From: Lobosporangium transversale
Taxonomy: Eukaryota
DNA length: 64,000 nt
Direction: 5' to 3'
Assembly (NCBI RefSeq): GCF_002105155.1
Contig: NW_019029018.1
Location: 1-64,000, forward strand
This document shows, piece after piece, positions 34,623-46,130 of the stretch. Positions within the stretch are counted from its first letter, which is position 1. Each line of letters opens with the position of its first letter. The position numbers were made by a program, and so were the translations under genes. Under the pieces are notes generated by a model. It made no database searches. It was not told the origin of the DNA and was given only the letters and a program-made list of their open reading frames with translations.

Positions 34623-37175
34623 GACTCAGAAAGCGTATGGTCATTGTTTTCTACAGTGGTCATCAAAAGTCATTCAATGAATTAGGAATTTCGACATTCT
34701 CATTCCTTTCTCCAATTTGATCTTGCTTGTCGCTAATGAAACTTACGTAGCGAGTTTGACCATCGACAACGTCACTCCTACTACAATGTCAATGAGCTCC
34801 TGTTGCTAATTGAAAATTTAGATGAATGCCAATTATTGGCATCTCATTGAATGACATTTGAAGAAAATCAGCAGCTTTGCTTTATTTGTTTTTTTTTTCT
34901 GTTCTTCAGTAATGTGTACGACCTCCTTTCATGCGATGTAGCTCCTCTACCCTTCGTGGCATACTTTCATATAGCTCATCAAGGAAGTCAGGTGGAATAG
35001 ATGTCCAGATATCCTGTAGTCTTTCCCATAGTTCATCCAGATCCTTTGGTACCTTCTCATATCCCTTGAGCCGATGATCCATGTAGGCCCATACATTCTC
35101 GATAGGGTTGAGGTCAGGAGAATTTGGAGGCCACTCCAAAGTGGTAATGTGTGACTTAATTAAGAACTCTTTAACCATCCTACTCGTATGAACACTTGCA
35201 TTGTCCTGCTGAAAAATTAACTTTTCAGGGTCCTGGCCATACCACTTCCATGAGCCGAGGACATAATCTTGTAGAACATCAACATATAAAGAGGAATCAA
35301 CTGTGGCAGGGATCCTGCAACCATCGCCTACACCATGATAAGTGATACAGCCCCACCACATAAGTTTGTTATGTGCTCCCCTTGATCTCTCTCTAACATC
35401 TCGATCTTCTAAAGTCCTGTGGCCGGGTCGCCTATATTGTGTTCTTCCTCCTAAGGACCCTAGCCTTTCAAAAAGCTTTTCGTCCGAGAACATCACTCGC
35501 TTCCAGTCATCAACAGTCCAGTCAAGGTGGTTGAGGGCAAAATTCTTCCTTTTCGCAATCTGCATTTTTGTCAGCCTAGGCTTGAATGGGCGGACATAGT
35601 TTTTCAAACCCTCTGATTTTACATAGCGTCGGGCAGTCTCTACACTGACATGCACTCCATGACTCGATCTGATGTATTCTTGAACTGCCAGAATGGATCT
35701 AAGTTTCCCCGTATCAACCTCGCGTGCAATAACCCTCTTGGTAGCAGGGGAAACCAATGAGGGTCTGCCCATTCTGGGTTTAGGAATATTGTCCTTGACG
35801 TCCCTCCTGATCCTTATTGCCGATGAAATAGAGATACCAAGTTGCCTTGCCACTTCGCTTGTAGACTTCCCTTGTCGAAGTAAGGCCTGAGCATTTTGTA
35901 CCTTTTCCATAGAAAGCGTCCTCATAATAAATACTAAACGATGTGGAATGTTAATTGTAAGTAGAGGTGTATGAAGATATAGCTGAAGGTAATCTTGGTA
36001 GAAAAAAGAGAAGTGAAAAAGTTTTTTTTGCAATCAACATTGAAATTCAGCAGAAGTCATTCAATAGGCAGGTCAAATTGAAATTGGTTTTATTTCACAA
36101 TGAAGTCATAATTAGGAATGAGACATGAAAGTAATCATGAGGTGTGGGGAACAAATGCACTACCCCAAATATACTAGCCACATGCTAGATGAGAATGAAG
36201 AAAAGGAATGAGAATGTTAAAAATTCAAAATCATTGAATGACTTTTGATGACCACTGTATATTAAAGACAGAGGTGCGTTGGCATTGTTCGGCTCTATGA
36301 CCTCGGTTCCGGCATCTGAAACAACGCCCCTCACGAACGCAACGTTCTCGTTCAGCTGCTGTGAGCTTGGGTAGCGAGCTTGGCTTGGAGTGGTTTCTGT
36401 TTGGTCGTTGCTGATGGAGAGAGGTGTACAGGTTGGCAACCAACATTCTCATGTTATCGAGATCCATTGGTGTAGGGCCAGAATTATTCTCATGATGGGG
36501 TGATAAGGCGTTCGGGGCAGCGGATCCAGGGGTGGCATCGATGGGATGTAGAATACTGTGGACAATGGTCGCCTGCTCAATGGCATCGTCCAACGTCTCT
36601 GGCTGTCTAAGTCTTACCTGCTTGCTTGTTTCGGGCTCAAGGCCTAGCATGTATTTTTGCAAAGCAGAGTCTTTGTCGAGATTTGTAGCCAGACGTAGGT
36701 GGCTTCTAAACTTGCTCGTATATTCTGCCACACTCATCCTTCCCTGGCGAAGTTTATCCAACGCTCGGCGAGCTGCATTCGCAGAATCTGGAGGGGTGAA
36801 CTGACGGAGGAATGCTTTACGGAAGTCAGCCCAAGGTGTATCGAGATTCAACCCGGAATCTCTCCACCATGCCTTGGCTTCGCCATTGAGACTGAGGACA
36901 GCGTATCGAACCCATTTGGATGGCGTGAGTGTGACAATAGTGTAATACTCCTCCAGGCTGTCGACAAAGTTTAAGGCTGCAACAGCGTTAATAGCTCCTT
37001 CGTAAGGTGTAGGCTTCTGTGGCTTTAGGACCGTGGCGAGGGTTCTGGCTAGGTCATTCTCAGCGGCTTCGTTGGCTTTGGCAGTAGAGAGGGCCTGATT
37101 AAAAGCAGTAGCTATGGCTTCGCGAATGTTCAGAGGAAGATCGATGGACGAAAGGGCGTTATTCAAGTGTTCCAT
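34598..37175 (-). CDS. gag: Gypsy-B Gag, interrupted near its 3' end by Tc1-B
   Basis: Retrotransposon gag motifs (LRQGRMSVAEY, PMDLD, CFRCRNRGH). Removing the Tc1 gives ..VFNIENNDHTLSESGKEEGEQ*. Confidence 0.9.
34654..36257 (-). mobile_element. Tc1-like DNA transposon family B, intact
   Basis: ~27-bp TIR CAGTGGTCATCAAAAGTCATTCAATGA at both ends, with TA duplications at 34652-34653 and 36258-36259. Confidence 0.97.
34906..35925 (-). CDS. Tc1 DD34E transposase, 339 aa
   Basis: FSDEK, FQQDNA and SPDLNPIENVW motifs with 34 residues between the second D and E. Confidence 0.95.
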   Translation of the reverse strand: MRTLSMEKVQNAQALLRQGKSTSEVARQLGISISSAIRIRRDVKDNIPKPRMGRPSLVSPATKRVIAREVDTGKLRSILAVQEYIRSSHGVHVSVETARRYVKSEGLKNYVRPFKPRLTKMQIAKRKNFALNHLDWTVDDWKRVMFSDEKLFERLGSLGGRTQYRRPGHRTLEDRDVRERSRGAHNKLMWWGCITYHGVGDGCRIPATVDSSLYVDVLQDYVLGSWKWYGQDPEKLIFQQDNASVHTSRMVKEFLIKSHITTLEWPPNSPDLNPIENVWAYMDHRLKGYEKVPKDLDELWERLQDIWTSIPPDFLDELYESMPRRVEELHRMKGGRTHY

Positions 37176-39696
37176 GGCGAGGGGTGAAATTCAATGGTAA
37201 TTGTAGTTCTCTGGGTGTGGTCGTGGTTTCCTTTGCTACCAATGCAAAAATCAAGGTAGTGTTCTAGGGGGATCTAAGGGTGCAATAAAGGTATCTTTAT
37301 TCAGGGGGAACTATGCTACAGAACTAGATAGAAAAGTAGACCTATTTATACTAGTTAATATCCGGTTGCAAGGAATGCTCTAGAAATATGGGCGAAATAC
37401 TATGTTGCACAAAATTATTATAGTGATTTCGCTTGCAAGACCGCTGCGATCGATGCGTATAGAAATCTGTCCTCGCATCGTCGTCAGCGACCTCGCTTTG
37501 ATTCCTTCAAGTCTCAACATCAACCTGCTCGTCGCCCTCCCCCAGCGACTACTTCTGCTACAACAACCTCCTCCTCAGCTCCATCTATGGCAATGGATGT
37601 AGATGCTATGCGCGCTCGGCGCCTCACACCCGAAGAAAAGAAGCACCGCAGAGATATGGGTCTTTGCCTGTACTGTGGGGGCGCTAACCACATTGCCCTG
37701 AATTGCCCTATCAAGAAAACCATCCATGCTTCGGTTGTTGAAGCCGAATCGGGAAACGACTCTGCCTAGGCTCCGACGAGGAATGGATCCTAGGAAATAT
37801 GCTCACTACTTCCTCGCCCTCAAGACCTAGAATCTGCCCCCTAGTTAATATGACCTTGTCCCTGCCTAGTCAACCCCCTGTCCAAACCAAAGCTCTCATC
37901 GACTCTGGGGCGCAAGCTTCTTTCATCGATGTGAGCCTCGTCACGAAACATAACCTCATCACTGTCCCCTTGTCCACTCCCCTTCGTCTCAACATGGCTG
38001 ATGGTCAGGCCAGCCTTCACGGCCTTGTCACCCACCATGCCCCTGTCTCCCTATCCATAGAAAATCATCGTGAAAATTTGTCATTGAACGTCACTAGTAT
38101 CCAGCACCAAGTCATCCTTGGTATCGATTGGCTTGAAAAGCACAACCCTGCCATAAACTGGAAAAGGCGACTAGTTTCTTTCTCCGATGACTTCTGCAAT
38201 AAAACCTGTTTTGAACAGTATCCTGTCGTGTCTTGTGAAACAATCTTGTCTAGCTTTCTTGCTTCTAGTTTCGTCCCTAGTCTTGCTCCTAGTCTTGATC
38301 TTGAAAATAATATATCTGTTAATGATTATTATCTCTGTCAATTACTCTCAGAATATCTTGAGGACCTATGTCCTACCCAGTCCTTGATCTCTGTTCCTGA
38401 CCTCTCTTGTTTTTCCCTATCCCTGAATTCCAGCACCTCTGAACCTTGCCCTGTAACACTCTCTGAATCTTTGCCCCCAACCTATTCTAAGTTCACACCA
38501 CTTTTCAAAGAAAAAGAACTTGGAACTCTACCTCCTCATAGACCCTTTGACCATGCTATCTCTCTTGAACCTGATTCCAAATTCCATTTGGCCCCTTGTA
38601 TACTTTGTCACATACTGAACTCGAAGCCCTTAAAGAATACCTTGATGATAATCTGAAAAGAGGATTTATCCGAAGGTCAGAATCCCCTGCCGGCGCTCCT
38701 GTCCTATTTGTTCCAAAAAAAGATGGCAAACTCAGACTTTGTGTCGATTATCGAGCCCTCAACAAAATAACAATCAAGAACCGCTGCCCCCTACCCTTAA
38801 TATCAGAGACCTTGGACCGACTACGGTTAGCACTCATTTTCACCAAGTTAGACCTCAAGGGCGCGTACAATCTTGTTCGTATAGCTAAGGTGACGAATGG
38901 AAAACCGCCTTTCGCACTCGATATGGCCATTTCGAGTACCTTGTGATGCCTTTCGGGCTCACCAATGCCCCAGCCACCTTTCAAGCCTTTCTCAACGAGG
39001 CCCTTCGTAGCTGCCTTGATACCTTCGTCGTCATCTATTTGGACGATATCCTGATTTATTCCAACAACGAGGAGGAACACGTCCACCATGTGCGTAAGGT
39101 CTTGCAATTACTTATGGATGCTGACCTCCAAGTCAATTTGGAAAAATGCCAGTTCCATGTTACCACCGTTGAGTTTCTCGGTTACATGATCTCTCCTACT
39201 GGCATCTCCATGGACCCTGCCAAGGTTAAGGCTATCACATCATGGCCTACCCCTGCATCTGTGCGCGACATCCAAGTGTTCTTGGGCTTTGCCAACTTCT
39301 ACCGTCGCTTCATCAAGAATTTCTCCAATGTAGTTTCGCCTATCACAAGCCTCCTTAAAAAAGATGTGCCCTTTGTCTGGGGTCCTCCTGCTCAAAAGGC
39401 TTTTGACGAGCTTCGAAGGGTTTTCACATCCGAACCAGTCCTGTCTTACTACAACCCAGAAAAACCATGCTTTCTCGAGCCCGATGCTTCTAAGCACGCT
39501 TTGGGCGCTGTCTGTAGCCAGGCGGACGACAAAGGAGTGTTGCGGCCTCTTGCTTACTATTCTCGCTCTCTGACACCCCCTGAGCGATACTACCATGTCC
39601 ATGATACTGAACTCCTAGCCGCTGTAGAGGGTCTGGAACAATTTCGCCACTACTTCGCGTACTCTCAGTTCCCTGCCACCATCCTAACTGATCATA

Positions 39697-41351
39697 CACT
39701 ATCATGCAAAAATGATTCAATAATTCATTCCCATGTGCATTTCTTTTTTTCATTCCTAGAAACCGTATATGCATACACCACTCATACTTTGGTTTAATAA
39801 AGCTCCCGTCTTCTTCTACGTCATAGTGATGCGTTGTGACATTAGCTTGTCTCATTTGAATAGCTAATGACTTTTTTGTTCATGCAGGTCATTGAATCAG
39901 TTTCACATGTGGTCTAAAATGTTGCCCATGACAACTTTTGGACGTCATTTAATGCAAGTATAAAAGGTCTTTTCTCTCTTTCCTTTATGAACACTTGCTT
40001 AACTCTCTCTTAACTATACCTTCACAGAATATGAGACCCACTCCACAAAGGAAAGTCAACGAAGCCAGGAGGTTAATGATGGGAGGCATGTCTACTAGAG
40101 AAACTGCTGCTAGTGTTGGTATATCAATAGCGACGGCCACCAGGATCTATGCACATAATAAGGAGTACATGCCAGTCAATAAAGGCGGTCGACCAAGGAA
40201 AGTACCTAGAGGTGTCATGCAGTATCTTAAGGTGAACATGAAACGAGGTACACTCAAGTCTGCAGTTGAGGCCACCGTCAGAGCCAACCAGCTCATACCA
40301 GCGGCTGTTTCTGAGACCACCGTTAGACGACGGCTCAAGGAGTTAGGATTGGCAGCAAAGAGGCGTGTACATAAGCCAGCTTTACGTCGACGACATATTA
40401 AAGCTCGTTTGCATTTTATCAATAAGTATAAGGAATGAACTCTGGAAGATTGGAAAAAGGTTATTTGGTCAGATGAATCGAAAATAAACCGAATCTGCTC
40501 TGATGGCGTGCAGTGGAGCTGGGACGACAATCCGGGACGCCTCACTCGCAGGTCGGCTCAAGGCACTGTCAAGTTTGGGGGTGGTAACGTTAAAGTGTGG
40601 TCATGCTTCTCATGGTACGGACCTGGATACATTGCAAGGTGCAAAAGTCAAAGTAGTGTTCTAGGGGGATCTAAGGGTGCAATAAAGGTATCTTTATTCA
40701 GGGGGAACTATGCTACAGAACTAGATAGAAAAGTAGACCTATTTATTCTAGTTAATGTCCTGTTGCAAGGTATGCTCTAGAAATATGGGCGAAATACTAT
40801 GTTGCACAAGATTATTATAGTGATTTCGCTTGCACAAAGATTGACAATAATATGGACGCACAACTTTACATCAACTACTCCAGGAGGATCTACAGATGTC
40901 GCTTGATGACTGGGGCCTAACTAAAAGCGATATCGTCTTTCAGCACGACAATGACTCGAAGCATGGGAGCGAATATCTGTTGAATGGTATAGAATCCCAG
41001 TGGACTTCTGCCGCAAACTCATCATAGGTATCCATAAGAGACTCCAAGCTGTCAGTGATGCCCATGGTTGGAATACTACTTATTGATGTAAGGTTATGCC
41101 TCACAAAAGAATAAAGATCTTTGGCCACCGAATGGGCACATGTGAAACTGATTCGATAACCTGCATGAACAAAAAAGCCATTAGCTATTCAAATGAGATA
41201 AGCTAATGTCACAACGCATCACTATGACGTAGAAGAAGACGGGAGCTTTATCAAACCAAAGTATGAGTGGTGTATGCATATACGGTTTCTAGGAATGAAA
41301 AAAAGAAATGCACATGGGAATGAATTATTGAATCAGCTTTGCATGATAGTG
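39697..41351 (+). mobile_element. Tc1 family A, copy 2 (defective)
   Basis: Same TIRs as copy 1. It has a TGG>TGA stop at 40436-40438, a solo LTR insertion and an internal deletion in the catalytic domain. Confidence 0.95.
40640..40834 (-). mobile_element. Solo LTR of the Gypsy-B family
   Basis: 195-bp match to the Gypsy-B LTR with TSD CAAGG/CAAAG. Confidence 0.95.
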
Positions 41352-41353
41352 TA

Positions 41354-41668
41354 TAATCGAGTGTCCAACGCAAACAAACAAATGCTGCGCAATCCGCAGC
41401 AAGATCAGATGACTCATCCGCATGACCCTAACTTGACCAATGATATTCCAGAAGACAAGCACGAAAAGAGTACCCTATCAGATGCCAAGACTCCGATTAG
41501 TAATCAATCATCAAACGAGGATGACTCTGTCACCTCAACCAAAACATATAAATAGTCTAGCAGTACCATATCAAATCAGTAGCAATAAACACCTTATCTT
41601 TACTATACTTGCTTCCTCCATCCTTGCCCACGTACCTCTCTTGATTCCTTGCACACCAACTGGTTAGT
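41354..41668. repeat. Unclassified dispersed repeat, copy 1
   Basis: Near-identical to 57124-57436. Confidence 0.85.
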
Positions 41669-42004
41669 TACCTAGTCTTCCTCTAGTCTGACTTTATTAC
41701 ACCATTGAGGAAGCTAAAAAAGCTATTGAATCCTTACAGTCAATTCGTGCACAACTTAATAAATAAAGATCGCAGTCACCGTTTGACATAAAAACAAATT
41801 TAAACGTCGCACTTTCATTCCTTCTGCTGTCATTCCTTTTTCAACCTTCATTCATTTTCATTCTCTACTTTCATTCCTTTCTCTGCTTTCATTCCTTTCT
41901 CTACCTTCCTTCATTACTCTACTTTCATTCCTTTCTCTTCCTTCCTACTTTCATTTGCTATTTACCTCTCCCGATTCCCTCTCGCATTTTATCATCATTC
42001 GATC

Positions 42005-45000
42005 ATGACAATACTATTTTGCCTTCTTGATGGACAATCCACGGCATTCCCTGTTGAGGTCTCAGTAGAAGACACTATCGGCGACCTCAAAATAGCAATC
42101 AAGAAGGAGAAAGAACCTGAATTCGACCACATTGATGCCTACAAATTGATTCTCTTCCACGTCTCTGTTCCTGATGAGGGCGCTACAATCAATCTCGCCA
42201 ATATTGAATCAAAGGAGCTACTCACCGGAGCAACAAGCAAGATCTCAAAGATATTTGGCACATCGCCTCTGCCTGAGGAGACTATCAACGTCATTATTCA
42301 GCGGCCATCACAAGGTAGCTCTTGGTGGGCTGGCTACTGATATTTTCAGCCAGATGGAGCTTAAACTCCTGTGCATGACGTCATTGATCAACATTACTGT
42401 TCATGCTAACATGTTTATTTATTGTATTGCTGTTGCAATTGTTAGGATCCTTTGCAGGTACGAGTTCCCAAGTCAACAGTAAATGAGTCTATTTCTCAAG
42501 TAGACTTTCAGCATCGCAGATGCTCTGCATTCATTCCTTGGGTCTTTTGATTGACTTTGCACACCCGGAGCCTATTCCTAATGCCCTTTCTTTTCTTTTC
42601 TTTTCTTTTTTTTTGTATCATTTCCATCGAATGAACAAAATTTATTATAGCCCAACTATGGCAAGGTATGTGGCTGTGGATTGAGCCAATTTCTCGTTTA
42701 ATCTTTTGCTACATGCTGCAGCTTATTCTAACGCCTTTTCTTGAAATATTATGGATACTTAGATCCAAGAGCTTTAGAACTAAATGATGAGGATGGTAAG
42801 AGATTTGTCGGGTTATATTACGGGTTATATAGCACATTAGTTTTTACGGCATATTAACATTGTCCGTCACATGTCATATCTAGAGAGACTCTGGCTTGAG
42901 AGAATCAAGAAGGGATTCTTCCAGGGAAAGGTCAAGCAATTCCTAGAATCATACGCCAATGGTGACCTTAAACTTCCACTGACTGGGGGAGTTGTGTCAG
43001 GTCTACCGAAAGTCCCTAGGAGAGGAGCGCCAAGCGAGAAAAAAGAATGGCCAAGTCTTCTTCTCCTTAGCCCATCGACATCTCTCAATAACACTACATA
43101 CCATCCATGTGAAGAGGCAATCAAAAAAATTTATGAAGATGATCCTCGTCAACTATCATTGTTTGGAGTTAGTGGTTGCGGGAAGACCAGGACTGTCATC
43201 GAGATTCTTTCCCAGAAATGGGGCATCTATTTGAACGCCAGCAGCACCGATAGAGGATCCAATGACTTGACATCGCTTGCTGAGTTTATGCGAGAGCCAA
43301 CTTTGGTACGGTTATATAATAATCAAGATAAGGCAGAAAATGGCCTTAACACAGAAACAATCACGCACTGCCTACTCCTGTCAAGACTACTGATCTTCCA
43401 ACACTGTCTGGGATTGAACAAAAACCTAACTTGTGAAAGCTTGATGCTCTTGCAGGTTTGCCCCTCAGCTTTCAGCAAGGAGGTACCCGATATTTTTGAC
43501 ACGCTTTTCAATACTATAGCCGTAAGCTTCCACGAGGGAGGTGTTGGAAGAGGGAACGTACGCCGTGTCGTTCAAAAAGCTTTTGAACAAGTTCAAAGTC
43601 AACTGAATCCATCGACTAAAATTCTGATTGTAGTTGATGAGGCTCAGAATTTCAGCCGAGTATTTGAGGAACGATTCCAATCGAACCTACCCGGTAGCAG
43701 ACCGAGGCCATTACTATTGCCTGTAGTCCATGGCCTTGAAACAGTAACCACGGATAAGCAACATGTTTGTATCATTCAGTGTGGGACTGGCCTTAGTCCT
43801 AATGACCTTCAATGGTTGGAGGATTCTGGCGCAGAAGCCAAAGGTACCAAGGAACCGGATGGAGGTATCACTAATTTTTCTGGATGGAGTAGTATGGCAC
43901 AAATCACCGAATACTTAGAGCGTCTTAAAGATCAAGTGACTACAGGTCGTGAAAAAATCGATGAAATGATACCGCCAGCTGCAGTCGATACGATGTACCG
44001 ACTCCTCCGAGGCCGATTCCGACCCATTATCAGCGTGATCGAGGGAACTATATGGAAGCACAATGCGATCGAGGAGACTAAAAGGGAGCAAAATGAGCCA
44101 GGATCTCAAGAAGAGCCAATCTGGATGAAGGAGATAAAGGACGTGCAACAAAGGCTAGCAACTTGCCCTGATGATTTGAACCAGAGGAAAAGGGGGAACT
44201 TATGCTCTGACTTTCATCACGCTATGAAGACGCTTAATGTGGAGAAATCTGAGATGCTCTATCTCGTCAAAGTAGCACTTGTTCGCATGGTGTTATTTGG
44301 AGTACAAACTGTTATCCCTAAGGAACTTCCCCAACTTGTAGAATCGGCGCTTGGTAGGATGGAGTTTATCAAGTCAAAATCGTCAGAATATCGTACAGTG
44401 ATCGACGAACCATTTGTGTTTCTTGCAGTCCACAATTACTTTCAAAAATCAGACCCTGGATTTCACAACACTATAGTTACCTGTTGGACATTCATTAAAG
44501 ACCCCAAAATACATGGAAAATTTTGGGAGTGTCAAGTTCCTTTGAGCTTGATCAACATCTTCCACAACAAGACGCTTGCGAAAAAGATGTTTCCAAAAAA
44601 TGCACCTCTGGATCTGGTTGATCACGAAGCCACCATAGTTGGATGGAAAAAATCCTGCATTGGAGCTAATTGCAGTGACTTGACTATGGAGCAATTCTTG
44701 GAGGCCCATTTCGATCATGATTCGAGGATTGATAAAAGAGAGATTCCTCCATTTTATTTCCCCACGGACGAAATCACTGGTCCAGACATTGTGTTTATTC
44801 TCAAGATCAACGAAAAGATGTACCCCGTATTTGTCCAGCTCAAATTCGTGAAGAAGCTTGATGGTATGAAAGCAGCACACGCCTTAGAGACAATTAACCG
44901 CGGCGCGATCAATGTACACCATTTGCCCAACTTTGACCGCTTTTGCCCTCCGAATGAAAGGTATCTTAGCTTGTTGTTAATGTATCCTGGAAAATTGTCA

Positions 45001-45171
45001 GATAAAAATAAGACCATGCATCCCCCAGATTCAAGGCAGGCTCTAATGGTGATAGATGAGGGCAACATTGCCGAATACTTTCATGAGAACGAGATTGAGC
45101 TATTGGATTCCATCAAGAGAAGTGGAGAGGCAATTGAGCATGGAAGAGAAAAGAAGATCAAATCCAACTAG
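42005..45171 (+). CDS. Intact Crinkler (CRN) protein, 885 aa: ubiquitin-like header, P-loop NTPase and REase
   Basis: Exons 42005-42314, 42446-42457, 42651-42665, 42763-42795 and 42884-45171. Motifs LFCLLDG, INVIIQRP, GVSGCGKT, IVVDEAQ and GPDIVF..FVQLK. Confidence 0.88.
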
Positions 45172-45497
45172 CAAGAATCGTCCTTAACACTGCAAGATGG
45201 CGACTAATTGTTTTCAGAAAATAAAAAAAGCTTATTCATTCACATAAACGTTTGTAACAACCCAGTTTATTTTGTTGAATCTCTTGGTGCGAAGATCGCA
45301 CCTTCTTGGAAAACTGTGCGTGCTCTTCCAGCGTGAGAGTGCGCATCACAAATGATCCTCCTGCACTCTCACAAGCCTGGGAGAGGTCATCCTTACTCAT
45401 CTTGAACACAGTCCTCCTCGTAAGCCCTGTTGGCCCCGTGGGATACCCAGATGCAGGGATCTAGCAGGCAGAGCTCGAATATCTCTGGTACATGATG

Positions 45498-45528
<31 letters not shown>

Positions 45529-46130
45529 CAGGTTAAAAGTATGATTTGGAGCAGAAAGAAGCAGAATGAACCTCAATTTATAATCGCCATGGTCTGTCTC
45601 ATTGCATTCCTCCTTCATCCTGATTCGTTCCTGACATTTTCCTTCTTTTCCGCATGACATAATCTTTAAATGATCTTTCAAACCCATCACGATTGCAAGA
45701 TGACTTTAAACAAAAAGTCTTTTTGCAAGCCATGTTAGATATATATTTTCAATTACATGAATTTCGTTGAGACCATATATATTTGAAAAGACCTAACCAA
45801 AAAGAGCGACCAGCATATATTTCAAATAAAAATGCTAGCGGCGCTAAAGAGAATAACAAACTTAGCAACTAAACTAAAGGCAAATACGCGAAATGATCAT
45901 ACTATAAGTCTATAGCATGAAAATAAAGAAGGACATACACGATTCCCAAGTTAGACACGTAGAAACATGATGATAGTTGGCCACCAGAAGTGAATAAATA
46001 CCCTAAGATAGGTGTGACATCAGTCACATGTTGGTAGTTTACGAGTCGAGTTGCATCACTTGTGATTGAGGTCCTCTACTTTTTTTCAAAAGGTTAATCA
46101 TCGCACATGTGCTTGACGGCTACCTCTGAT

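Larger units (their letters stand above)
30564..37437 (-). mobile_element. Ty3/Gypsy chromovirus B, full length and recent
   Basis: 195-bp LTRs at 30564-30758 and 37243-37437 differ at one base. TSD AGACC at 30559-30563 and 37438-37442. PBS TGGTAGCAAAG and PPT GACGGGAAGGA are present. Confidence 0.98.
29095..39696 (+). mobile_element. Ty3/Gypsy retrotransposon A (Tf1/sushi-like, self-priming), frameshifted, 3'-truncated, host of Gypsy-B
   Basis: LTR 29095-29617 (TG..CA). Gag runs 29731-30563 plus 37443-37769 with a CCHC knuckle. Protease LIDSGA, RT YLDD and RNase H (PDAS, ILTDH) end at the Tc1. Frameshifts near 30055, 38590 and 38890. Confidence 0.92.

Noticed and set aside
39697..41351. RIP-like hypermutation between repeat copies
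   Set aside because: Differences between Tc1-A copies and between LTR copies are few and mixed, not concentrated C>T changes.
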